A program made the translations under genes and the position numbers. From assembly GCF_009914755.1 (NCBI RefSeq), contig NC_060931.1: 64,000 nucleotides of DNA, one strand, 5' to 3'. The DNA is from the human T2T-CHM13v2.0 reference genome, Homo sapiens. A model generated the notes under the pieces. The model had not been told where the DNA came from and searched no databases. It worked only from the letters and a program-made list of their open reading frames with translations. Positions 13,691 to 26,900 of the stretch are shown here, piece by piece (within the stretch, counting starts at the first letter, position 1; every line of letters begins with the position of its first letter).

Positions 13691-15629
13691 ATAAGGCAAT
13701 TTTCGAACATATACATAGAATTTTTTAAATCATAAAATTTTTAAGCTGAGAAATTCTCAATACAAGTTTATGATACATCTCATGAATGGGAACTATAAAC
13801 ACATACACATACACACATAAGATAAAAATAGAGAAATGGGTTTCCGCTTTTGTGAAAATTTAAATCGGGAAGTAAAGCAAACCTTCCACACAGAGCTGTA
13901 GAATGATTGGGCCACGACCGCTGGTGCCTGTTTCTCAACTTGCCCTAAACCACGTCTGCATCCATTCTGGACTAGATTACCTGCCTCAGTGAACATTTTA
14001 TGAACTCCTGCTTTTCTTAACCTGATTGACAACAGACGCATTTTGGTTTACCTCTCTGATAAGCAGCCCTTTCTCTGATCCCTGCTTATAGAAATTAGAA
14101 AACAGTTTGTGCAAATCAGCATTTACAGGCAAAGAGAGCTTTCCATGAGAAAGAAGAAAAAGATTCGAAGCAGCCAAGCCAAAAGGCTCTGCGTAGGAAA
14201 CCTGGGTAGGCCCCAGTAATAAATACATTTATTGCGTGGACAGTAAAAAGTACTGGAGAGTTTAAAATAAATTCAGAGTTATTTAAACTTAATTTATGAC
14301 CAGGAAAATAAACCCTCTCTTTCACCATTAATGTTTTCTATCTGGGCCATCAAATGTCACACGCTACTGATTTTGGATGTAAGGTCACTGGAAACAACAT
14401 ATCAAAGGTGTCAGCACAACAAATCAAGTGAAATTCCCTTAAAAATAAAAATGTCAGGAGTAAAATAATAGGCAATAGTTATTTCATGCTATTAAAGACT
14501 TGTCATATATCAAAGGGTTCACCTTTTTCTACCTTTATGATGTATCACTTTGAACACTGAATATACTTCTGCTTAACAGATAAAGTAAAGAAAACAAGCA
14601 TCGGAATGCTGATGATAATAAGAATGATGACATATAATAAGACTATCTGGAGGCGCATAAACATTAGCAGGCAGACTGCTGAATATATCAAAAGACAAAC
14701 AGTGGTCCTGCATATACGAAGATTGGCTGTCTAGCATGTCATTTATTTCAAGAGACCATCTTAAAGGTCACCTAAAACGGTGTCTCTGAAATCAGAATAC
14801 AAATTACATTGGGTTTTGGATAAGGAAAATAATGAATGTTTAGGACTTGCCAAGCTAATGTAGTTCCACACAGAAGTTCAAATTCAGAAGCAATCCTCTG
14901 GTCTTTTATCCAAGGATTGAATAAAACAGAAGCAAGTGCCAATCTTCGGGGAGAAGAGGAAAGATAAGGGAGACTTGGAGCAGCGGGTTCTTTATGATCC
15001 TGAAGTCATGCAACTGACAGGCAGTGGCATTTGCCATAATGCCTTGTTGCTAAATGCATTAACTCCTGGCAGAGTAAATTCACCCAGGATTAGGCTTTAT
15101 GCAAAAGCATCTGACTGAAAGGGTTATCAAAGCCTCAGGTTAAAAAAAAATGATGACTTTGTTTCATCCTTGTGACATATCTTACAATGATTTTCTAGGA
15201 CATTAAAGGTAAAATCTTGCTTCCTGATTCAAGGGCTCATAATCCGGTGGACGAAATGGCTCCAGGGAAGGATAAAGGAGTATAGAGCCATTCACATAGA
15301 AGTGTAAATTTCGCCCCAAGATGGTAGTGAGCAGTTAGAGAAAAGCCATAATACTTTAGTTTAAGCCTCCCAAAGTCCTTTTATCATTGGAGGTAGGGTG
15401 GGTGGGCAGGGAGTCTGCTTCCCAATCGGCAGGTAGTACGAGGCAGGCAGGCAGGAGATGGGCCAGCATCATCACTCTTTAAGTTTCCCCCAGGGCCCTA
15501 GCCCTGATGCTTTTCCTTCCAGAAGGGAGAAGGATGGTTGATTGCATCATGAAGTATTCTTCTTGTCTGTGGTGGCTGTAGGATTTCAGTCATTAAATTA
15601 TACACAAAAGACTTGAAAACCTAACTCTC

Positions 15630-16185
15630 TTCATTTGATAGAGGAGGAAACTGAGGCCCAAACCCAGGAGGGAAGAAGGAAGCCTCTGCTGTGGCCCCTG
15701 ACTCTAGCCAGGCCACTTGAGTGAAGGTCACACACACCCCAATGTGTGTGAAGCAGCAGTTCTAACTGGAAGGCAGGTTCCTGGAAATCATTTCCAACCT
15801 GCCCTTGACTTGGCATGTGTGTGACTCCTAGGAAGTCCCTGAATTCTCTGCACTTCAGTTTCCCCATGAAGCTGGTTGATCTCTGCGCCCGTAAACCTTT
15901 CAGAATATCTCTATAAGACTTGGGTATCTTAGAAGAAGACTCCATAAGAATAGCCCTATATAAGCCAGTGGTTAAGAAATCAGACTAAGTTTAAGTCCGG
16001 CTCTGCCATATATTCACCACAAGATGCTATGACTTTCTAAATCCTGGTTTCTGGGTTTCCGTCTCTACACAGCAGGGATAGTAGTAATAATTCTTATCTG
16101 GCTTGGTGTTGTGGGGATGCAACGGAAAGCTCTCAGCACAGTGCCAGGCATAGGATGGGGGTGGGCACAAAGTGTGCATTTATCA
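15630..16185. mobile_element. Cluster of MIR fragments in both orientations
   Basis: GAGGAAACTGAGGCCCA (15644), CTTCAGTTTCCCCAT (15853), CCAGTGGTTAAGA..AGCACAGTGCCAGGCATAG. Confidence 0.6.
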
Positions 16186-19085
16186 AACAGAGGCCCCATA
16201 GTCCCTCAAAGCAGAGCCTGGAGGCCTCAGGGGCCCTGCCCACCATGGTCCTGTCACCAAGAGCCTCAGCCTTCACCTGCAGACACCAGACCTGCATTCA
16301 CCATGAGTGTGGGGCTGAGTGGCATGATCTGGGGAGTGCAGACCACATTACAGTGTAGGGCTTTTCTACCCTAGTCTGTTGTTCGTTAGCAATCCGCCCA
16401 AATGATGGGTGGCTCCTCTGGTCAAGATGGGGCTCCATTCAGGCTCACATTGTGAGAGACAAGAGCCTCAATGCCAGCCAACACCCTATTTATTTGTGGA
16501 TTTGGCTTATTGGAGACAAATGATGCTGAGGCAGTTCTATGGTCATCAAATGAATTATTTATACATCTGATTAAATTGTTTTACTGGAGGACTCAACCCT
16601 AGTTAACTCTTGCATTTCCAGCTTGGTGTGTAGAAATTCCACTGAGCACTTTCTACATTTTACTTTGGGGTCTCACCTTGAAAATTAATGGCCATTAGGA
16701 CTACATGTCAAGATGTCCATACTCAAGCCTTCGTACAGGAAAAAAACCAAAACCAAACTTAGTTTTGAGAAAAAAACCATCAGTTTCTACAAAATGCTTA
16801 TTGAAGAACCTGTGTTTTTGGACCAGTTAGACCTTTCAAAGTCTAGAGGGAGAGATATTTAAAATCAAATGTGATGATACAAAATGTTTATCCATTTTCC
16901 CTAAGTTTAAGGGGAGCTTGCTCTTCCTTTAGGCACACAAAATAATTGCTAAGCCTGCCTTATCCTATTATTTGTAAATTCAATATAATTAGAGACTTAC
17001 TCAGTTCATTACTAGCTTGAGTTTTTGCCCAGCTTTTTCTCACCCTGTTGCCTTTTCAAAACACTTTATTAAGAACTTGTTTTAGTGTCACATTCTTTAA
17101 GGGAAAATAACTCCCAAGTACATTTGACAGGAAGTGCTCAAAATTCAAGACAGTGCCAGAAACTAATAATCTCAAATCACAGAACTTACATGGGAAGGTC
17201 CCATATACTGTTGCAAACAGCGTGGGTGGGTTCCACCTGCAAATTGAAATTCACATGTTCTAATAGAGAGTTTTACTGGAGAAATTGTCACCAGGTCCTG
17301 CAGTTGAAAAAACTGCGTTCTTATTCTATTGACTATAATGCAAGTTAGCCCCTAAATATCCTTTTCCCTCTGAAGAACTCCAAATGCTTTGCCATTGTCA
17401 GCCTTCTGAGCTGACATTCATTAGTCCTATCCTATGAAGTGTGAAGTGTGGATAGGCAATGGTTTCCAGGCCAGCCCCTTGAGATGAGGAGTTTTGACCT
17501 TGTGGCTGCATTAGTCATGGGCAGAGGGAATTCCAAGGGAGAACACCTGGTGAGAGGCCTGAGGATGAGTCCAAGTTGAAACCTGACACCCAGAAGTGGG
17601 TCACTAGACTTCATTGCTTGTGTGTTAAATGGCCAGGAAGACTAAGAGCTTGAGCAAATGAGCCTGTGGGTACACATGACACACAGCATCAGTGGTTTTC
17701 CAAGGCTAGCTCCTCAGAGAGCACAGAAGCAAAGTAGGCAGGCCCTCATGGAATGAAGAGCAAGGAGCAGGAATCTGGCCTTTTGAAGGAGAGATATTCA
17801 TGATATTGATGGAAACGAGAGAGCCTCTCCAGGTAGCCTTGTTACCTATGAGCTGAGTACCTTCCAGGAGGAAAAGCACAGCTGATATCACAGTCCTGAC
17901 AGGGCCATTCCTGGGGACTCATTTCTTAAATCTGCTGTCATTTTAAATGGAACACTCTGGAAGGGAGTGCTTCAAATAGCTTATTTTTAAAACTACCCAT
18001 ATGGATCAAAGCATAAACATTTGCCTCCTGGAATCTAGGAAGTGTTTTTCTGATTGATGTTACACAAGCCTGGTCCACAGCATGTGGATTTGGGGATGTC
18101 AGTACCTCAGCTTCCCATCTCCTTGGCATTTTAGCACTGAGGTATGAGAATGGTGATGTTCTAGTCACCAGGGAGAGAAATTGAGGCTGAGATGTGTGGC
18201 TGGTCACTGTCCTAATTTCAAATGAAATTTAGAAATTTGAGCCACACAGACTAGTTTTCCCTTCTAAGATCCAGGGCTTTTACTTGGCTAGAAAGGGAGG
18301 GGTTGCTCAAGAAGAAATAAGCATTTCCTCATTCTTCTTATGAACTCCATCAGTGGAAGGTACCAGACCCAGTACCCAGTGAAATATTCTGACCAGAACA
18401 ATGCATTTTATTTTCTATAATAAATGTAAATTCTAACATCATCTTCAATTTCAGAGATCTCTAACCTCATGAGTATGCAAATAACCAAAAGTAGAGTCTA
18501 GTTGATAATTACTCTACAGGAACAGACGCATTTGGTACAAATAAGAAGAGTTGAAAACCTGAGTGTATTTCCACTTCTGCAAACCTTTTGGCTTAATTTG
18601 CAAAATTAGTAGAAGAAAGAGCCAAACTGTTTAAAAACAACAACTCAGTTCAACTTATTTTTTAAAAAATTGATTTCATTTACATTAGTCCCCCAAAATT
18701 TTGAAATACTTAGATATAACTCTAACCAAGTATGTGCAAGATCTACATGCGAGGAACTAGAAAACTGATGAAAGATACCGAAGAAGGTCTAAATAAATGG
18801 AGAGGTATTTTATGTTCATGGGTAGGATGACTCAGTATTCTTAAGATTTACGTTCTTCCCAGCTGAATCTTTAGATTAAACTCGATTCCAATCAAAATTT
18901 CAGCAAATTACTTGTGAATATTGACAAGATGATTCTAAACTTTAAATGGAGGAGCAAAAGACTCAGAATAGCCAATACAGTATTAAAATTCATAATTCTG
19001 GCAGTTATGAATAAAGCTGCTATAAACATCCATGTGCAGGTTTATTCATAATTGAATAAGCTAAACAAAGCTAAACATAGACAAC

Positions 19086-20010
19086 TTGAATTGTTTGTTT
19101 TCTTATTGTTGAGCTTTAAGTATTCTTTGTATATATTTTGGATATAAGCCCTTTGTCAGATGTGTATTTTGTAAAGGTTTTCTCCCAGCCTGTGGCTTGT
19201 CTTTTCATTCTCTTTATAGTGTCTTTCAAAGGGCAGAACTTTAAATTTTTGATGAAGTCCAGCTCATCAAGTTTTCCTTTCATGTTTTTAGTATCGTATC
19301 TAAAAACTCACTGCCAAACCTAAGGTCACCCAGATTTTTTTCTCCTGTTATTTTCTAGGACTTTTACTTTCTAGTGTATTTACTAATACACAGAGGACAG
19401 ACACTCCCTGATTTCAGGACTTACTAAAAAGCTACAATAATCAAGACAGTGTGGTATTGATGAAAGAACAGACAAGTAAATGAAAAGAACAGAATAGCAA
19501 GCCCAGAAATAAACCCACACAAATATAGTCAATTGCTCCTTTTAACAAAGGACCAAAGGCAATACGATGGAGCCAAGACAGTCTTTACAACAAATTGTGC
19601 AGGAACAACTGGACATGGACATGCAGAAAAAATGAATCTAGGCACAAACCTTACACTCTTTGCAAAAAATTAACTCATAAACCTAAATGGATCACAGACC
19701 TAAATGTAAAATGCAAAACTATAAAATTTCTAGAAGATAACATAGAAGAAAAAATCTAGGTGACCTTAGGTTTAGCAGTGAGTTTTAGATACGATACTAA
19801 AAGCATGATCCATGAAAGAAAAACTTGATGAGCTGGACTTCATCAAAAATTTAAAAGTTCTGCTTTTTGAAAGACACTGTAAAGAGAATGAAAAGACAAG
19901 CCACAGACTGGGAGAAAATCTTTACAAAATACACGTCTAATAAAAGGCTTATATCCAAAATATATACAAAGAATACTTAAAGCTCAACAATAAGAAAACA
20001 AACACTTCAA
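19086..20010. repeat. Inverted repeat: arms 19086-19366 and 19722-20010, spacer ~355 bp
   Basis: Manual alignment gives ~13 substitutions and 3 indels over the ~245-bp core, including a 59-bp perfect match. Confidence 0.95.
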
Positions 20011-20377
20011 TTAAAAAGTGGGAAAAAGATCTGAACAGATACCTCACCAAAGAAGATACACGGGTGTCAAGTAAGCATATGAAGAGATGCTCACTATCAC
20101 ATGTCATTAGAAAACTGCAAATTACAACAACAATGAGATACATTACACATCTACTGGAAACCAAACACTGGCAACACCAAATGCTGGCAAGGATGTGGAA
20201 CAGTGAGTACTCTTATTCACTGCTGAGGGGAATGAAAAATGGTACAGCCACTTAGGAGAGTTTGGCAGTTTTTTACAAAGCGAAATATAGTCTTAACTAT
20301 ATGATCCAGCAATGGCACCCCTTGGCATTTACTCATGTGAGTTGAAAACTTATGTCTACACAAAAACCTGCACATGG

Positions 20378-20660
20378 GGAACAGAAGGCCAAATACTGTA
20401 CGTTCTCACTTGTAAGTGGGAGCTGAATGATGAGAGAACACAGGGACACATGGAGCGGGGAACAACACACTGGGCCTGTTGGAGGGTGGGGGTGGGAGGA
20501 GGGAGAGCATCAGGGAGAAGAGCTAATGGATGCAGGCTTGATACCTAGGTGATGGGATGATCTGTGAAGCAAACCACCATGGCACACGTTTACCTGTGTA
20601 ACAAACCTGCACATCCTGCTTATGTACCCCCAAACTTAAAAGTTGGAAATTTTTTTAAAA
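20378..20660 (+). mobile_element. L1PA/L1PB-type 3' end nested in the L1MC
   Basis: GTTCTCACTTGTAAGTGGGAGCTGAATGATGAGA..AACCACCATGGCACACGTTTACCTGTGTAACAAACCTGCACATCC; degraded TSD AAAAACCTGCACATGG / AAAAAACTAAACATGG. Confidence 0.85.
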
Positions 20661-21950
20661 AACTAAACATGGCATTTATAGAGCTTTATTCATAATTGCC
20701 AGAAATTAGAAGCAACCAAGATGTCCCTTAGTAGGTAAATGAATAAATAAACTGGTACACCTAGATAATGGAATATTATCAGCTATTAAAAGAAATGAGC
20801 TATCAAGCCATGAAAAGATATGGAGGGACCTTAAATGTATATGGCTAAATGAAAGAAGCCAGTTCAAAAAGGCTGCCCACTATATAATTTAATTATATGA
20901 CATTCTGGAAAAGGCAAAACTATGAGCCAACAAAGATCAGTGGTTGCCAGGGGTTGGAGGGGCAGGGAAGGAGTGAGCATGTGAAGCACACGAGATAGAT
21001 ACTGAAGACAGCAAAACTATTCTGTGTAACACTGTAATGGTGGATACATGACATTATGCATTTGTCAGAGCTCAGAGAATGTGCAAAACCAAGAGTGAAC
21101 CTTAACACAAACTACGGACTTAACAATGAGGTATCAATATTGGTTTATCACTTATAACAAAATACCACACGAGTGCAAGATATTAATAATAGGATAAACT
21201 GTGTGCAAGGGGAGATGGAGTATCAAGGTATTCTATGCTTTATTGTCAATTTTTCTGTAAACCTAAAACTGCTCTTAAAAATAAACAGTATTTTTTTTTT
21301 AAGAAAATTGACTTGGTGAAGACTTGTTTGATCAGATGATTCCAATTATTCAAAGCAATTCATTTTGCCTTGTTCTATAGATATTGGTCAGTGGCAAGTT
21401 TCCCATAAGAAGTGATTTATTGGTCTTCCATTGGGTCTGAACAATGCACACACGATAGTTTTAAATAGTAGACAATCAATACTGTGATGCCTAATCTATG
21501 GATGAAAAAATTAAGTTTACAAAGAAAGATGAGACATAAAGCAGTGGCTAGAGTTCGGGCCTCCTGATCACTGGAACTACAATACTTAATTGATTCGATG
21601 GTTCTGACACGCATGAGGGGACAGTCATTTTAGAAATATGAACAGAGATATGACTACATATTAAAAGAGGACTGTAGCTGCCGGTTCTGCCACTTGGTTA
21701 ACTCATGCTGTCTCTGGAATCACTGGAAAGGCTGATGAACTTATCTCGTGGGCCACTGCCTCAGTCACACCCGGTCCCACAAACAACTCAGTCACAGGTG
21801 AAGGACCTTACCTTGAGGAAGGTGCATACCTGGTATGAAAAGCCTCTAGTCCTTTGGGGCTATCATTCTTTTATGAATCAAAAGACTATTGGATTTATTC
21901 AAATCATAGCAGTACTCAAAGAAAAAGTACAATTTCTCTCTCTTTATATC

Positions 21951-21981
21951 TAGAGAGAGAGAAAGAGAGAGAGAGAAAGAG
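21951..21981 (+). repeat. (GA)n microsatellite
   Basis: Direct inspection. Confidence 0.9.
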
Positions 21982-22061
21982 ATGTGAGTGTGGGCACAGT
22001 CAAAGAGAGACAGGGAGGAAGGATGCACGTTTTCTAAACCAGAGCTGCTGATTTTAAATCT

Positions 22062-22465
22062 TCTATCAGTCAGGATGGGTCAGCTTGTGCTGCAACAATA
22101 AATAAAAATTTCAGGAGTGAAAAATAGTAAAGATTTGCTTCCCCCTCACCCTATATGGTATTCTCATGGGAGGGGAGGATTCCACTCCATTTTATTCCAG
22201 CATGATGGAGCCCCACCGTTTGGAATGTTGCCAGTCACCAGAGCAGAGAAACGGAAGGTGTGAATCATGCACCTGCTCTCAAAGACTTCCACAGGGAGGT
22301 GGCCCTCGTCATCCATGCCACATGGATCCATGCCACATGCTCACATGCCATTGGCCAAAGCAACCTCATGGCATGTCTGACTTGAGGGGATGGGGAAGCA
22401 AAATCCTACCATGTGCGTAGGAGAAGGGGAAGGGAGGGACCCGTGAGTGGCACTCATGACTACTC
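22062..22465 (-). mobile_element. MaLR LTR, MLT1J/K/L-like
   Basis: TCTATCAGTCAGGATGGGTCAGCTTGTGCTGCAACAAT..CATTGGCCAAAGCAACCTCATGGC..ACTCATGACTAC. Confidence 0.7.
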
Positions 22466-23099
22466 TTTAGATACCTTTATCAAAGCTCTTTTTTGATGTT
22501 ACACAAAATGGATTTTGTTGGGGGATGAAGTGGAGGAAGAAGGGCAAATACAATGAAATTGAATTGATATTCTATTTCCTTGGGCACAGCTGAAATAGGG
22601 GCTAGGCCAAAGCTTGCCTTGGTTTAGAAAATTATAGATAATGCAAATTAGTATTCAAAATGTAATTTAGTGAAAGTTTCAAATAAGACTTGTGAGTTCT
22701 TTAGAAAAATGGTCAGTGCCCATTGGCCAAACTGAACCTTGTGCTAGCAGAGCACAGTTGAACCCCTCATGAATTAGTTCATTCCACAGTATTCCATGGC
22801 CAAAATTACACCCTTAATTCTAGGTGGCCTTCTGAGAGAGTAATGGGCTGATCAAAAAAAGAGGGTCCTTTAAGAGATACAGGTGAAAAAAACATCAGGA
22901 AACAAGACTCAGCACACATGACTTATATGAGGAAAAGCAGGAGCTTTCGCTTTACAAGCAATCAGTCATGATTGATCATCGTCATCATCATCACTGATGT
23001 GCAAACATCCAGCTGGCCTTTTAAAATGAGGCTTACTTAGTCATTAAAACAGGACTCCAACCTGTCCAGCCTTTGAATCTCACCAAAGTCAAATAAGAG

Positions 23100-23200
23100 A
23101 ACAAATAAACTCATTTATTTAATAAATATTTATTAAGCAGCTACTATGTGCCTGTCACTGTCCTAGGGAACAAATGTAAATTCCTGCCCTGAAAGAATGA
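23100..23200 (-). mobile_element. L2 3' end
   Basis: CATTTATTTAATAAATATTTATTAAGCAGCTACTATGTGCCTGTCACTGTCCTAGG. Confidence 0.65.
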
Positions 23201-23929
23201 ATAAAAAATTTTCATCTTAGGTTAACTTAAAAGCTATGATTGCAGTTATCAATTTTTAATCTTATAACCCAAATTTTCCATTTGTATATTAGATAAAATA
23301 ACTGTTTCGGGCCTTGGGAAATCTGGGTCAGAGCTCTGCATCCAGGCATCAGGGCTGTGCACAGCAGTCCCTGTCGGTCAGAGCGGCTCTTTCCGCCCTG
23401 GAGGCACAGCAGGATCCGGAGGACAGGATGGATGGGACACAGAGGGAGGAGGAGAATCCACCTCCTTGGTCTTCTGCTGGCTTCCTGTACGACACCAGGA
23501 CAGGCTCTGTGCTGAATTTCTCCATCAGCAAAATGAGAGCAGCATTTCTTGCTCCTGTTCCCACTCCTCCCAGGGTGTGTCATGGATTAATTACCCATGA
23601 TCTAGAAAGTACTCTAAGTGCCTCATAGAAAGGAGGGGTTTCAAATGCAATGTTCCGCTTTAAGTGCCGCTAAAGAACCAGGGCATGGTTTCGGTGCCTG
23701 GCTTCCCAAGGAAGGATCTGTATATCCAGCAAGCCAGCTCAATTTCCCTCAATGCTCCTTTATTGAGGGACTTGCTGTCAGACGAATTTGGAGATGCGAA
23801 GACAAAAACAGTTCCTGTCCTCAAACATCTGGCAATCTGATGGGGAAGTGGCCATGGGCTGATTGAACTAAGTGTGCTCAACAGGGTTTGTGCTGGACAG
23901 TGACTCAGTTGTAGAGTTGTGTGTGAGAG

Positions 23930-24240
23930 AAAGGAATACCTGAGACTGGGGCCAGATATGACAGGCAAAGCACTGGGTTTGGAGTTCAAAACCCAGCTCC
24001 GTCACTGTGTCGAGTTTCTCATACAGCCTGGCAAGTTGTAGGTATTTATTAAATATCTGTTGAATGAATGACTGAATAGACTGTTCCCCGTACTGGTAAA
24101 CTGGGTCATTTTTCCCTTGTGCAAAATAGGATTGTAATGCCCATCTCTCAGGGTTGTGGTGAAGACTCCATGGGAAAATGCATCTGGAAATACCCAACTA
24201 ATCGCTGATACCAGCACTCAGTAAAAGTCTGCTTGGGAGC
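23930..24240 (+). mobile_element. MIR containing an L2-tail-like segment
   Basis: GCACTGGGTTTGGAGTTCAAAACC..AAAATAGGATTGTAATGCCCATCTCTCAGGGTTGTGGTGAAGA; internal TAAATATCTGTTGAATGAATGA. Confidence 0.55.
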
Positions 24241-25693
24241 AAGGTCCTTCGAGGTGTCAGGAAGGCATGGAGATGGGGATAAGTAGGACTGTGGGGGCCA
24301 AGGTGTTTGGGTGGGGTGGGGATGTAATTGCCAGGGGAAAGAGTTGCGAGCAGCCACATGTAGGAGCCAGCTGAAGGGAGGGGGCCAACCAGGCACATCT
24401 GGGATGTGCTAGGCACATGGCAGCTGGAGGACATGGCCACATGGCCCCTCTTCCCTGAGAACAGAAGGTATTGGCACAGATGCTCTTAAATGTGACCTTC
24501 CTCTGATGCCACCGCCTCTAATATCCAGACCACCATGACCTCATTCACTTGGACACAGCCTCTTCTTTGAGTCTCCCTTACATCCCATGGTCAGTGAGCT
24601 CTCAAGAACTGGGGGTTCTACTCTCAGAAGAACTCTCCTAGGTCCTCTGTTGCCCCCCGTTCCATCACCAGGAATGCTCGCTGCCCTCCTGGCGTTACCT
24701 GGTCTCCTTGCTGTCAAGTGCAGCCCGGTGTGATGTTATCTTTGCTGGAGGCTGCCTTGGTCAAGCACTCCTGGGCTCACTCCTCTCCCCTTACCTGACC
24801 CCTCTTCTCCTCCTCATTGTGGCCTCCTGGGTGTTGTCCTGTGTGAATCCCACAGCCACACCTCGGCAAACTGTGGGATTATTTTGTATGTTCCCATGAC
24901 ATCTAACACAGGCTTGGCACACTGTATGCTTCAATCAATATGCATGTTTTCAATGAAGGAATCAGTCCCCATCCACCCTGCCCACATCTGAGCAATGTTA
25001 CTATTTTTCCTGATAAGAACACAGGCCTTGGAAAGCACCTTGTACATTGCAAAGTGATGTTACTTCTACAATCTCTTTTGCTCCCAAAACCAACTCCACA
25101 GAGAGTTACAGAACTTTAGGAAAGTGATGTGATTTGCCCAAAGCCAACAGATACGAGGGTGGGATTGAAATCCCAGTTTCAGCATCACAGGCACCATTTC
25201 TCCCACCACACAGGCTGCCTGCTGAGAAATTACAAACCTTAAGTCACAGCGGCCCCCAGCTCTACCCCCAATCACCCCTGTTGGCCTCTGCTTTGACATA
25301 ATAATCAGGGTCCCCATCAATTACCATCTTACCCCAAATTCTGAGGAAATGCCTGTCTCCCCATCAGAAGCCCTCAGTGGGACATCTCTCTTCCTCTGAC
25401 AAGCTTGGCCACCCCAAAGGGCGCCCCTGTGGCTCCTGCTCCCTCTACACAATCAGTCCAGTCCCTTTCCCCCAACTCTACTCTCTTCATCCTAAACTGT
25501 TGCCCTGAACTGTTCTCAGCTCCATGCATTTACTCCTTGCCTTAAAGGAAAAAAAACCCCAACACTTCTCCCAAATCGAGTTTGCCATTAGACACCCTCA
25601 ATAAGTAGCTCATTAAAGAAGAAAGGGAGGGACATTCTGCTCTTTGCTGTACAAGACTGGAAAGGGCATGGAGTTGGGAATTGAGAATGCTGG

Positions 25694-26080
25694 TGATGTC
25701 ATTTGGATATTTGTCCCCACCCAAATCTCAGGTTGAGTAATCCCCAGTGTGTATGTGGGGCCTGGTGGGAGGTGTTTGGTCATGGGGGCGGATCTCTCAT
25801 GGCTTGGTGCTGTCTTCATGATAGTGAGTGAGTTCTCGTGAGATATGGTTGTTTAAGAGTGTGGCACCTTCCCCCTACCCCGCTCCTGCTCTGCTATGTG
25901 AACTGCCTGCTCCCACTTCGCCTTCCGCCATGACTAAAAGGTCCCTGAGGCCCCCCTAGAAGCAGATGCCACCATGCCTCCTGTACAGCCTGAAGAACCA
26001 TGAGCCAATTAAACCTCTTTTCTTAGAAATTACCCAGTCTCTGGTATTTCTTTATAGCAATGCAAAAATGGCCTAACACA
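25694..26080 (+). mobile_element. MaLR solo LTR, MSTA/MSTB-like
   Basis: TGATGTCATTTGGATATTTGTCCCCACCCAAATCTCA..GAGCCAATTAAACCTCTTTTC..TTTATAGCAATGCAAAAATGGCCTAACACA. Confidence 0.9.
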
Positions 26081-26847
26081 CCTGGGTTTGGTGCCTGCTC
26101 TACAGGGACAGGTGAGGCTTCTCAAGTGACTCCCCATCTCCCCTGGGGTCTCAGCTTTCTCATTGTAAAACCCATGGTCAGGACGATATGCTTCCCACGA
26201 CAGCTTTCTCTGCCACCAGCCAGGATGCTTTGGAACAGAGGGTAGAGCCCAAGCGCACAGTCCTGGGTTTGAATTCGGTGCTGCTGCTCAGCAGCTGTGC
26301 AATCTGGGTGCACTCCCTGCCCTGCTCTGCCTCACTCCTCAGCTGTAAACTGGAGACCACATTGGTCCTCACCCAGGGCCAGTGGGGGAGTGGCGTTTAA
26401 ACGGGGGAATGCAGGTGCCTAACCCAGTGCCTGGTGTCTCAGGAAAGCACCCTAAATACTTGCCATCATTACTCCAGTGGAAGCCAGGTTCGCATTGGAC
26501 ATCTTAGCGTATTCTTGGCTGACTCTCTTTCTCTGACATATAAATGTAGGGTTCCTGCAGGGACCCATTTTCATCCTGTATGTGTTGTGCAGTATGGGGA
26601 AGGCTGATAGCACGACAGTCAGCGTGAATCATCCTCCTGCCCGTGGATGCCAGTTGGCAATGCTACCCCGGCCGCATGATGGAGAAATGGGAGCCAAAGC
26701 TGGGACAAGGTAGAGAGGAGGGAAGGAGCCCCAGTGCCTGCAGAAAGAGCAGAGGGTTGGAAGACTACTGTCGGCTAGCTCAGGCCACGCCAACTGACAC
26801 ATACGGAGTGTCCACTGCTATGCACACAGGCTCGTGTGCAGCATCAT

Positions 26848-26900
26848 GTGTGTGTGCGTGTGTGTGTGCCTGTGTGTGCTTGTGTCTGTGTGTGTGTATG
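26848..26900 (+). repeat. Imperfect (TG)n microsatellite
   Basis: Direct inspection. Confidence 0.85.

Larger units (their letters stand above)
18695..21290 (+). mobile_element. L1MC-like LINE (3' part of ORF2 plus 3' UTR), interrupted by an inverted insert (18989-~19390) and a nested L1P 3' fragment
   Basis: ORF2-like AAATACTTAG..GATCTACATG..CTAAATAAATGGAGAG; CAAGACAGTGTGGTATTG; L1MC-type 3' UTR GACATTATGCATTTGTC..CAAGAGTGAACCTTAA..AATAAA. Confidence 0.9.

Noticed and set aside
15150-15227. C/D-box snoRNA-like arrangement (ATGATGA ... CTGA, 78 nt)
   Set aside because: No terminal stem and no recognisable rRNA/snRNA guide; such short motifs occur by chance.
22310-22340. Tandem ATCCATGCCACATG duplication inside the MLT1
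   Set aside because: Ordinary slippage duplication.
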